Assembly: GCA_965637545.1 (NCBI GenBank)
Contig: OZ281496.1
Coordinates: 10,230,001 to 10,294,000 of the forward strand
Direction: 5' to 3'
Length of the DNA: 64,000 nt
Source: Phallusia mammillata
Taxonomy: Eukaryota
The stretch's first letter is position 1, and each line of letters begins with the position of its first letter. A program made the translations under genes and the position numbers. Under the pieces are notes generated by a model. That model did no database searches. It had not been told where the DNA came from and saw only the letters and a program-made list of their open reading frames with translations. This document shows, piece by piece, positions 50,703-59,613 of this stretch.

Positions 50703-50924
50703 CTGTAAGTAATCAGCAAAATGTTTTGGAGTTCGGACAGATATGAAAATTAGTTAAACGTATTGAGCACTTATTGAAATTGTGTGGTTTAACCTTGAGA
50801 CAAAAATCCGCCACATGTCAATGGCCGTGTGCTTTAGACTTTTCAAGTTAAAAGTAACTGCATTGTAGCACTTTTTTTTGTTCCCGAGAGCTAAAGTACG
50901 TTGCACTTTTTTGTTTTCATAGTT

Positions 50925-50975
50925 ATCGTCTCGGCAAATAGTCATGCCATCATCAGCGATATGAAGGGCCATACC
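50925..50975 (-). ncRNA. Degenerate hammerhead-like motif (family B)
   Basis: GGCCCTTCATATCG CTGATGA TGGCATGACTATTTGCC GAGAC; GAAA is mutated to GAGA. Inverted paralogue of 51135-51190. Confidence 0.5.
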
Positions 50976-51134
50976 AGTTTTACCAGTATATATCCACTTA
51001 AGTCACGTAAAAGAATGATAAAAAAGGTGCGACACAAGCGTCGCATATTAACAAAAGATAATAAGGTGCGCAGCAGCGAGGTGTAAGCCACCTGCATGCG
51101 TGCGAAGTATGGTTATAAACAGATGCAACTGCTG

Positions 51135-51192
51135 TGGCCCTTCATATCCCTGATGATGGTCTGAGCATTTGCCGAAACGGTTGAACAATAAA
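51135..51192 (+). ncRNA. Minimal hammerhead-like motif (family B, intact core) followed by AATAAA
   Basis: GGCCCTTCATATCC CTGATGA (51150-51156) TGGTCTGAGCATTTGCC GAAAC (from 51174) GGTTG AACAATAAA. Confidence 0.6.
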
Positions 51193-51962
51193 GCATGCAG
51201 TATTTTAAGTCTATTTGGGCCGTTGTTTTCATCGTTAAACTAATGAACACATCCGTATATGGTTTTCAAATTTTACCTAGTTTCGCAGAATTACAACCTA
51301 TGTTATAAAATTCCAAATTCAGATTGTAGATGCTTTACAAACAATCAAACTGTAGATGCTTTACAAACAATCAAACGACTTACCTTTACTTCCAGCAAAA
51401 AGTGCGACGAGCATTACTACCCAAAACACAAACAAAAGTTTCATCTGATGAGGCATATTTTTTGTTTCAGCGGATGTCTAACTCAAACTAATAAGCAACT
51501 AGTCATACATTAATACGCACAAGATAAACAAAATTCTGATAGAATACTGACTAGTGAGTATTATTTAAACTCACTATGCTGGGCTGGTTACATACATCAG
51601 AACGTAACAAGCAAATGCATCCGTCATAAATCAGCTCCGTGTCCCGTTACAATTAAGGTAACGCAAAAAAAGCAATCGCGCGTTCATGGTGTCTCGTAAG
51701 TGATAACGATCAAACAAGCAACCTACAAGGTATATAGAAGAAATAATGCAACTGAGACACTAAGCCGATTTCACTTTGGTTCCCAAGCATTTGCTTGGCG
51801 ATTGTGAGCCAGTTTACACTGTTGTTTATGCCCAGTTATGGCATTGAACAGAATACGTAAAGCAAGGCTATAGTAGGCGGTTACACCCAACAAATTTGAG
51901 TGCCGTTGGATGGCTACACTAGCAAATACGGTCTATCTCTTATCACCAACTGCACTGATGGG

Positions 51963-52082
51963 GGAGGCAGGAACTTGGCCGAAGTTGGCCTGACCCATAC
52001 ACAGACATAAAAAACCTGATCGGGATTCGTCCCCGGGAGTGTCCTGGGCTCGAACCCCGTGAAAAAATAAATAATTAAAAAA
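51963..52082 (+). mobile_element. ~120-bp Pol III-type SINE with A-rich tail and 15-bp TSD (family T2)
   Basis: TSD AACTGCACTGATGGG at 51948-51962 and 52083-52097. A-box-like TGGCCGAAGTTGG, B-box-like GGATTCGTCCC, tail AAAAAATAAATAATTAAAAAA. Confidence 0.8.
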
Positions 52083-52667
52083 AACTGCACTGATGGGACA
52101 TAAGTTGAAACAGTGGGCATTGTCTGTAGCTTAATAATGCTACTATTTAGTTGAGTATAAAATATACATTTTAAACATTTTCGGCCAAATGCATTATTTT
52201 ATGTTTACTAAAATTAATAAGTGACGTAAAAATATTGTTGGGTTTTAGTATGATATCTTGACAATTTAATATTGTGCTTATGTTATTTTTTTCTTTTCTT
52301 GTGCATATTTGTGTTGTTTACAAGCCATAGTTTCGTTTTTGTGTTGTATTTTAGGCTGAACTTAAGTTTCTCATTCGTATCATGGTGAACAAAGCACAAA
52401 CTTTTGGTTATTGCTTTTCGCCGTTAAAACAGATTTGCGTCGTCGTGTAACGAAAAATGCAGCGCTGCATTTTCTTGTGCTACAAAAAAAAACTTTTCCC
52501 AACGGCAACTAGAGCTCGATTAATCAGACAGTATATCTTTCCAAAGCATTGTATTGAAAACTGCTCTTTGTCACCACCAGTGGCTTAAATAATTTCAAAA
52601 ACCAGTTTCTCACAAACAAAATTATTACAAATATTTCTTAATCGTTTTACGTATCCATTCTCTAGGG

Positions 52668-52881
52668 CAGTGGTCGGCAACCGCCGGTCCGCGAGGAGTT
52701 CGTACCGGGCCGTATACTTTTTCAGGTCAAATGCTTTGAAACATTTTGCTCATGTATTCCGGGGATGATGAACTAATTTAGGCGTTTTTATTGCTAAATA
52801 TTTGTTGTTTTTTCAAAGACTGGTCCGCGATAAAATTTCACGTTTAAAAACGGTCAGTGCAAAAAAGGTTGCCGACTACTG
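52668..52881. mobile_element. hAT MITE
   Basis: TIR CAGTGGTCGGCAACC / GGTTGCCGACTACTG. TSD CTCTAGGG / CTCTACGG. Confidence 0.85.
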
Positions 52882-53753
52882 CTCTACGGTATAATAAGGT
52901 ATTGGACATGCATTACGCTGTTACAGCCAAATATGCATATATATCTTAAGCTTAAGGACGAATGATTTTTTTTATTAACATAAAATCTATGGACATGAAG
53001 TGGATTATAGTTTTTATCCACCAAGCAACTAGCTGTTTGATTTTATATTCACGTATTTCAGAATAAAGTATTGCTAAAACTCTCAAAAACCGCCAATTTC
53101 CTCATGTGACTTTTTCCACCCTTTTTTATTTGAAGGCTGCTAGAGTATATGTGTTAAGATTTTAGCAGTGACTAACTATAATTGTATTTACATTTTAAAG
53201 TAATTTTTGGAATATCTTTAATGATACTTGTCGTAGTTAGAACAGGAAAGTTACAAGAACTCGATTAAAACGATTTGCCTAAACGATGCGTGTATAAAAA
53301 ATATTTAATGCTTTGTTGTCGGTCCAGTGACAAAATACCATGAGGAACCAGTTTGCCAGAAATATTTCACGTTAAATTGTCAACCAAGATTTTAATGATT
53401 TCAAATATTTTAGCAACTCAGTTTATTTGCGAATAAAGTTACAAAGCATCATATACAGTATTGTTTTGCTTTATGGTCCAATCGCTTAAAACTGTAATTA
53501 GTAATTTGGTAAAGTCATGGTGCTGTATCATTGATAGGTAATATAACGCAAAACAAAGATTATTGCCAACATCAGAACAACTAAACTAGAAAAATGATTA
53601 CAATATGTCGAAACAAATTCAGCAGTTTAAGGGTTAAATAATTTATCGTTTACTGGAGATGTGATGAAAGCATGAAGTGTAAAATTGCTTTGAGTTTTCA
53701 ATATTCAGTTGTGACAATACAGAGTGTGTGCACAGATACTGAATAGTTAAGAC

Positions 53754-54005
53754 TTAAGGCAAAGATGAATAGCTGGGATCAGCCCTGAAGCGTCGATGCA
53801 GACTAGTCGTGGGTTCAAATTCTACCGCAAGCCAGACTTTTCTAGCCTACGCCTTGCCATACGGTAGTGAATGCCAGCTGACCGGCTGATTCGGTTCAAC
53901 GCCTTCAATAGGTCTGGCGTACTATGATTTCTGTATGAGTGTGCCGTGATTGCTGGTCTGAATCAACGCTTCAGAGCTGATCCCAGCTATTTATCTATGT
54001 CTCAA
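53754..54005. repeat. 53-bp imperfect inverted repeat enclosing the 3' half of a T1 tRNA-like repeat
   Basis: Left arm TTAAGGCAAAGATGAATAGCTGGGATCAGCCCTGAAGCGTCGATGCAGACTAG. Right arm reverse complement TTGAGACATAGATAAATAGCTGGGATCAGCTCTGAAGCGTTGATTCAGACCAG. Confidence 0.8.
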
Positions 54006-54105
54006 CTGATTACTGGTCGATCTGGCGATCCCCTAAGCTGACATGTGTAGCATACGAGGCAGGTAACGGCGCTTGTGATTCAACTGTCGGCGGATTCTCC
54101 AATGA

Positions 54106-54172
54106 GCCCGTGTAGCTCATTTGGCAGAGCGCGAGTCCCGGTAAGACTACTGTTCGAATCCCACCGCAGGCT
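54106..54172 (+). pseudogene. tRNA-like sequence with GGT loop, internally deleted (family T1)
   Basis: GCCCGTG TA GCTC ATTTGGCA GAGC GC GAGTC CCGGTAA GACTA ..GTTCGAAT CCCAC CGCAGGC. Flanks are homologous to those of the 25847-25920 copy. Confidence 0.6.
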
Positions 54173-55124
54173 GGATTTTTCTAGCCTACGTCTTGCCATA
54201 TGGTTGTGAATGCATGGTGACCGGTTGATTCGGTTTAACGCCTTCAATGATCTGACGTATTATGATTTCAGATACTAAATATTTTTCTTTTCATGATTGT
54301 TTTCGGTAACAACTGTACAACGGATTAAAAAGTCTTTCGTAACAATCACCAAAGCAATGCCCTTTTTAGTTTCTAGTTTTATGGGAGCTAGCTAATCTGG
54401 CCATGCGTCGAATTGCTTCCTGTAGTACGAGAACGTGGAAAAGTTGTAAGTCGCAGCTGCACAACCGAATAATGTCTAAGTTATGGATGTTTGTAGTCCA
54501 GTTAAGGTTTGCAGTAGCGAGGGAAAGCTAGTGTGTACATAAGTTAGATTTGGAAGGACGTATTCGTTTGTCTGTCACGCTAACAACACACCGTCAAATC
54601 ATTTTACCAGTGGTCGGTTGTGTTGTGTTAAATTTGGCTATTATGGGCGTTACGTATTTGCAGTTTGAAACAAACAAGCTACGAGGAAGTATTACCTGGT
54701 TCGAGTTTCCACAAAGTGGACTGAGTGCTCGGAAACACCGATATATAGCATTTATTGCCCATAACGATTGTTTTGACTAGAAGGATGACTTTAGTTTACT
54801 TTTACTACCAGCTAAATCGCTTTAACAGTTGCGTGTATTTAGTTTTAATTTATTGCACTTCGGATGTAATCTTGAGGGATTGAAAAGTTTAAGACCCATT
54901 TCCCTTAAGCGCAATGACCAGGGCCACTATGCCCAGTTTGTACCAATATAAATGAAAAGAAATCGTTGCACAGCTGACAGGCATATTGCGAAGCCAGTTA
55001 ATTTCGGTTAGTTTAAATCCATACAAGAGTATTAGGATTGCAAATAGTCAAACTCATGATTTCATTAGAAAGTATTACAAAACCTAAAGTTGTAACTTTA
55101 ATATTCTATTCACGTAGCATTCTT

Positions 55125-55522
55125 GTTGTTTCATTGTGTTGTTTGTGTAAAAATATTTGCAATAAGTGGACATTTAAAAACCCACACGTTGACACACACC
55201 AATGAGAAACCTCATCGATGTGATGTTTGTGAAAAAATGACACACAACAAAAAAAACATGTCAGTGTGTTGTTTGTGAAAAACGCTTCAGCGAAAGAGGA
55301 CATTTGAAAAGACACATGTTCACACACACCAAAGAAAAGCCTCATTCATGTGATTATTATGACAAAGGATTTGCTCAACGTGAACATTTAAAAAGACACA
55401 TGGCGACACACACCAAAGAAAAACCTCATCGACGTAATGTTTGTAAAAAACGATTTCGTCAAGTTGGGGCTTTAATAAGACACATGGCGACACACACCAA
55501 AGGAAAACCTCATCGATGTGAT
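55125..55522 (+). pseudogene. Degenerate C2H2 zinc-finger array truncated by the Maverick insertion
   Basis: FHCVVC..., HTNEKPHRCDVCEK, HTKEKPH... with frameshifts and lost Cys. The last finger breaks at CAT CGA TGT GAT|AGTAGTAG. Confidence 0.82.
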
Positions 55523-55725
55523 AGTAGTAGTGGGTCAAGTGGCCGCGGTGCGGCGTCTTTTTTGAGGCGGAATCAATGTGTTTTTGAGAAGAGGAGGCGG
55601 TAGCTTTTTTTGGGGGGTGTATAGAGGAGGTGGGTCTTTACACACGTACAAACACCCCCTCCTCATGTACTTTCCCTATGTTTTTAAGTAGGCGTAGCCT
55701 TCCTCTCAACGGTCGGGTGTTGGGG

Positions 55726-55731
55726 TATAAA
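55726..55731 (+). promoter_or_regulatory. TATA box upstream of the Maverick plus-strand gene block
   Basis: GGGGTATAAA ~40 nt before the ATPase start. A mirror TATAAAAA lies on the minus strand at 62667-62674 before the ORFan. Confidence 0.45.
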
Positions 55732-55771
55732 TTTCATTGAATGGGGTTGCTTTGTTTCATTTTTCTTGACT

Positions 55772-56368
55772 ATGGAATTTCTTCATCCATTTACTTGCGT
55801 TGTGGCCGGTCCAACCAGTTGCGGTAAAACGTATTTTGTTGCTCGTTTGATAAAGGAAAAGCAAGTCTCTCCCCCACCCGATCGAGTTGTTTGGTGTTAT
55901 GGAGAGTGGCAAGCAGCGTATGAGGGTATAAGTGGTGTGGATTTTGTAAAGGGCTTGGCCACGGATTTGAATCCCGACGAACGAACGCTGCTGGTCATTG
56001 ATGATTTGATGAGCGAGTGTGACAAAAGTGTAACAAACCTATTTACCAAGGGAAGTCACCACAAAAATGTCAGTGTCATCTACATTGTCCAAAACCTTTT
56101 TGATAAAGGCAAAGAGCACCGCACAATAAGCTTGAACGCTCATTACTTGGTGGTATTTAAAAATCCGAGAGACTCTTCGCAAATCATTCACCTGGCAAAG
56201 CAAGTGTATCCCGGGCGCTCGCGTGTTGTGCAAGAAGCATATAGTGACGCTACATCCAAGCCACACGGTTATTTGTTACTTGACTTCAAGCAGTCAACCC
56301 CGGATAAGTTTCGGCTGCGGAGCAACGTCTTTCGCGGTGAGACACCGTTTATCTACTTCCCCAAGTGA
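55772..56368 (+). CDS. Genome-packaging ATPase (A32/FtsK-HerA family)
   Basis: Walker A GPTSCGKT, Walker B LLVIDDLM, SHH..VSVIYIVQN, ISLNAHYLVVFKNPRD, PHGYLLLD. Confidence 0.92.
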   Translation: MEFLHPFTCVVAGPTSCGKTYFVARLIKEKQVSPPPDRVVWCYGEWQAAYEGISGVDFVKGLATDLNPDERTLLVIDDLMSECDKSVTNLFTKGSHHKNVSVIYIVQNLFDKGKEHRTISLNAHYLVVFKNPRDSSQIIHLAKQVYPGRSRVVQEAYSDATSKPHGYLLLDFKQSTPDKFRLRSNVFRGETPFIYFPK

Positions 56369-56370
56369 AA

Positions 56371-56712
56371 ATGTCCAAACGCCTCCGCAGACAAGCTTCT
56401 TTGCTGACAACTCTCTGCACCGCTAAGCCTAGACTTGTGCGGACGATTATAAAAGGAGCGGACCACGACTTAATAAATTCCATTTGTGAATGCTGTCACA
56501 ATGTTTTAAAGGGGAACGTAAACCTCTCTCCGAGTGAGCGTGGAAAACTTAAGCGTTACAAAAACGGTCTTCGGGAACTTGGAAAGAAGTCTACCAGTCT
56601 AAAGAGAAAACGCAAAATAATTCAACGTGGTGGATTTTTGTCTGCGTTATTGGGGCCTTTGATCGGGACTGTGATTCCGGCAATTGCTGGACTGTTCACT
56701 GGAGGAAAGTGA
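56371..56712 (+). CDS. Small basic Polinton protein, putative core protein with hydrophobic C-terminal peptide
   Basis: DLINSICECCHNVLKGNV and a K/R-rich stretch, then QRGG|FLSALLGPLIGTVIPAIAGLF. Confidence 0.8.
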   Translation: MSKRLRRQASLLTTLCTAKPRLVRTIIKGADHDLINSICECCHNVLKGNVNLSPSERGKLKRYKNGLRELGKKSTSLKRKRKIIQRGGFLSALLGPLIGTVIPAIAGLFTGGK

Positions 56713-56743
56713 AAATAAAATAAAAAACACATAACAAATTTCA

Positions 56744-57400
56744 ATGGAAAACGTTCAAAAACTCGCTTTGGTTGATCCACGAGTATTAAAATCCCTTCAA
56801 CAAAAAACTCCTACCCAATCCACGCCTATTGAAAATGCAATGAGTGATTTGGATAAAGTAATGAACGGAATAGTGAAAGAACCAGGGGATTTGGAAAGCA
56901 AAGTGAAGTTGTACAACCAAGCTCTGCAACGATACCGCTTTTACAACAGCGAACTTATCAACAAACCAATGGAAATTTCTATTGTCGAAAAGGAAAAACC
57001 CGGCAGTGAAGAATCAAATCTGGAGGAAAAGCGAAAACAGGAGATAGTTGCCCACATCATCGCCTCTACGCCCAAGACATTCAAACGGAAAGCCGAGCGT
57101 GTAATGGGATTGATACGAGATAATCCTAATATCGACTTTCAAGCGACTGGCCAGCTAGTATTGAAAGGTCAAACGATCGAAAATAGCAACATTGAAGACT
57201 TGGTGCACGATATTATACGCAAGAGAAAAAAGACGGGCGGCCCCATCGGGTGGGATCAGTTTATGTTGGCTTTGACAGAAGCCAATGCTCCTAAGACATT
57301 GGTCGGTGATAAAAGGGAGGGACAGGGCATCTTCCAGGTGCCAGTCGCTTCACCTCGCAAACGTAGCACACGTCTTGCAAAACGATGGGTCGCTCTGTAG
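56744..57400 (+). CDS. Conserved Polinton protein of unknown function, 218 aa
   Basis: KLYNQALQRYRFY and PIGWDQFMLALTEANAP..LVG motifs. Position between ATPase/core genes and the integrase. Confidence 0.75.
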   Translation: MENVQKLALVDPRVLKSLQQKTPTQSTPIENAMSDLDKVMNGIVKEPGDLESKVKLYNQALQRYRFYNSELINKPMEISIVEKEKPGSEESNLEEKRKQEIVAHIIASTPKTFKRKAERVMGLIRDNPNIDFQATGQLVLKGQTIENSNIEDLVHDIIRKRKKTGGPIGWDQFMLALTEANAPKTLVGDKREGQGIFQVPVASPRKRSTRLAKRWVAL

Positions 57401-58446
57401 ACTTTGCGGGGGCATACTTTACTCCGTCCAGTGTAGGAAGCCTTGGTGGTGTAGATCGACTTCGGCGGGCAACTCATTGCAAGCAGTCAACAGCGCGGGA
57501 ATGGTTGCAAAAACAGGACACCTACACCCTCCATAAACCCATTCGAAAAAACTTTCTACGTTCTCGGGTTGTGGTCGGTGGGATCGACAGCCAGTGGCAG
57601 GCCGATTTGGTCGAAGTTATTAAACTGAGTCGATTTAATCGTGGTTTTAAGTATCTGCTTACCGTCATTGATGTATTTTCAAAATTCGCTTGGGTTGTAC
57701 CAATAAAAAACAAAACCGGAAAAAGCCTTGTTCAGGCCTTCGAACGTATACTCTCAGAAAGTGGGCGCTGCCCGCAAAAACTTCAAACAGACCGTGGAAA
57801 AGAATTTGTAAACACACTCTTTCAAAAATGTTTGTCCAAACATCACATACAGTTTTTTACAACTTTTAACGATGAAACGAAGGCGTCTATTGTGGAGCGG
57901 TTTAATCGAACTTTAAAGGAGCGAATTTGGCGATATCTTACTAAAACATCGGGGTCGTCGTACATTGACATTCTCGATGATGTTGTGGCCAGTTACAATA
58001 AGAGCTACCACCGCAGCATAGGAACTTCCCCAGCGTCTGTAACACAACTGAATCAAGAAGAAATTTGGCAAAGATTGTACGGTGACCTCCTCCCCCCGCA
58101 GGTGTGTAAGTTTACCGTAGGTGCGCCAGTTCGAATTGTCACCACCAGAACCAAATTCCAAAAGAGCTATCTCCCAAAATGGTCAGGCGAAGTGTTTTAC
58201 GTGAAATCGCGAAGGTGCGGTTCGATTCCGACCTATACTTTGAGAGACTACAATGGTGAATCGATCAAGGGCACCTTCTATGAAGCAGAGATGCAGCTAG
58301 TTCAGAAATGCACCTATCAAATCGAAAAGGTGTTAAAAAGGCGAAAAAGGCGGGGTGTTAGCCAAGTGCTTATAAAGTGGTTAAATTATTCAGATGAGTT
58401 TAATTCGTGGATCAATGCAGGCGACATCGTCGCACACACCGGCTGA
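57385..58446 (+). CDS. Retroviral-like DDE integrase with C-terminal chromodomain
   Basis: WQADLVE, KYLLTVIDVFSKFAW, LQTDRGKEF, KASIVERFNRTLK. C-terminus YQIEKVLKRR...VLIKWLNYSDEFNSWI. Confidence 0.95.
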   Translation: MGRSVDFAGAYFTPSSVGSLGGVDRLRRATHCKQSTAREWLQKQDTYTLHKPIRKNFLRSRVVVGGIDSQWQADLVEVIKLSRFNRGFKYLLTVIDVFSKFAWVVPIKNKTGKSLVQAFERILSESGRCPQKLQTDRGKEFVNTLFQKCLSKHHIQFFTTFNDETKASIVERFNRTLKERIWRYLTKTSGSSYIDILDDVVASYNKSYHRSIGTSPASVTQLNQEEIWQRLYGDLLPPQVCKFTVGAPVRIVTTRTKFQKSYLPKWSGEVFYVKSRRCGSIPTYTLRDYNGESIKGTFYEAEMQLVQKCTYQIEKVLKRRKRRGVSQVLIKWLNYSDEFNSWINAGDIVAHTG

Positions 58447-58723
58447 TCAACCGGAGAGAAACGACTGGACTTGTTGTGGAAAGTTGTTGCCTCGTGCCGA
58501 GGTTGTTTTTCTGTCCCAGGTTTTTGTTATTCTCATCGTCGTGATCACCAGTCTTGTCAACTTGACAATAGGTCACCCGAATCCCAATCTCTGGACCGCC
58601 TTGCTTGCCAGTGGAGTTGGATACCTTTTGCCCGCTCCTCGCCTAAGACGCGAGCGACATGTTTTATATCACCCTGCCGAGCAAAAGCAGTGCTCGTTTT
58701 TTTCCAGAAAACACGGTCACTAA
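58415..58723 (+). CDS. Small two-TM membrane protein overlapping the integrase and penton genes
   Basis: MQATSS...EVVFLSQVFVILIVVITSLVNLTIG..NPNLWTALLASGVGYLLPAP. Confidence 0.65.
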   Translation: MQATSSHTPADQPERNDWTCCGKLLPRAEVVFLSQVFVILIVVITSLVNLTIGHPNPNLWTALLASGVGYLLPAPRLRRERHVLYHPAEQKQCSFFSRKHGH

Positions 58724-59612
58724 TTACGTTACGCAGCTTCCCCAACTCATTACATTGGATCCGGGTCAGTGGGAAGTAGCTCTCACTGACTTCCACTTTC
58801 CCACAACATGGAAAAACGTTCAGCCAGGAGAGGGTTGGTGCAGAGTAACTAGGAATGGAGTTGAAAAAACCGTAACTTTGCCGAGCGGGTATTACGAGTC
58901 GGGGGAACATGTTGTGGACCCCCTAAACGACCTTCTCAGCAAAGAAACATGGATTCCTCCAAACATACCAACAAATACTCTTGGGGTAGTGGAGGCCCCG
59001 GTAAACAGTCCGAATGTGGCTACTATGCAGGAAGCTATACGCTCTAATCGAGTAAGAGCAAGTAGGGGGAAAAGGTCAAGGAGTCCACTCCCTCAAGGAA
59101 CTAAACCTCTCCGAAGCAAAGCGTGGAAATTGAAGGAGATGACGGGAGGTAGTCAAAAGACAACGCCTAATGAGTTAAAAGCTTTCACCTTTGATCGGCT
59201 TACGCAACAGACCACGATCAGTCTCGACAAACGAGAGGAGATGGTCATTTCTGAGCGTTTGGGACGGGTTTTGGGGTTTGATCAGACACTGTTTGCTCCT
59301 GGATTTCACTTCAGTACAGGCGTGTGTGATGTAAATGACGGCTTTACGGCATTATACGTTTATACGGACATTATTCATCCAAGGGTTGTCGGAGATGTTT
59401 TAGTGCCTCTCTTGGACACGATTCCAACACCAAGCCGAAAGGGTAAAACACACTCTAAACGCTTTTCCCATCCCTCATATCATCCCGTCCGTCTGCGTTC
59501 CTTTGCTACAATAGAAATTGATATAAAGGATGATGTGGGGCGCTCTGTACCATTTGAGAGTGGACGCGTGATAGTGACACTTCACTTTCGCAAGCGACCT
59601 TTTCAAGTCTAA
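58659..59612 (+). CDS. Minor capsid protein (penton, single jelly-roll) with internal basic insertion
   Basis: MFYITLPS..S..FFPENT..NY...LP..I.L..G.WEVAL; LPSGYYES; LYVYTDII....VGD..VPLL; Y.PV....F.TIEIDIKDD.G..VPFE.G.VIVTLHFRK. Confidence 0.88.
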   Translation: MFYITLPSKSSARFFPENTVTNYVTQLPQLITLDPGQWEVALTDFHFPTTWKNVQPGEGWCRVTRNGVEKTVTLPSGYYESGEHVVDPLNDLLSKETWIPPNIPTNTLGVVEAPVNSPNVATMQEAIRSNRVRASRGKRSRSPLPQGTKPLRSKAWKLKEMTGGSQKTTPNELKAFTFDRLTQQTTISLDKREEMVISERLGRVLGFDQTLFAPGFHFSTGVCDVNDGFTALYVYTDIIHPRVVGDVLVPLLDTIPTPSRKGKTHSKRFSHPSYHPVRLRSFATIEIDIKDDVGRSVPFESGRVIVTLHFRKRPFQV

Positions 59613-59613
59613 A

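Noticed and set aside
50754-50972. ORF MALHIADDG... as the 5' exon of the adhesion GPCR
   Set aside because: Its start is the inverted copy of the hammerhead/pLTR motif at 51135-51192, so it is repeat-derived.
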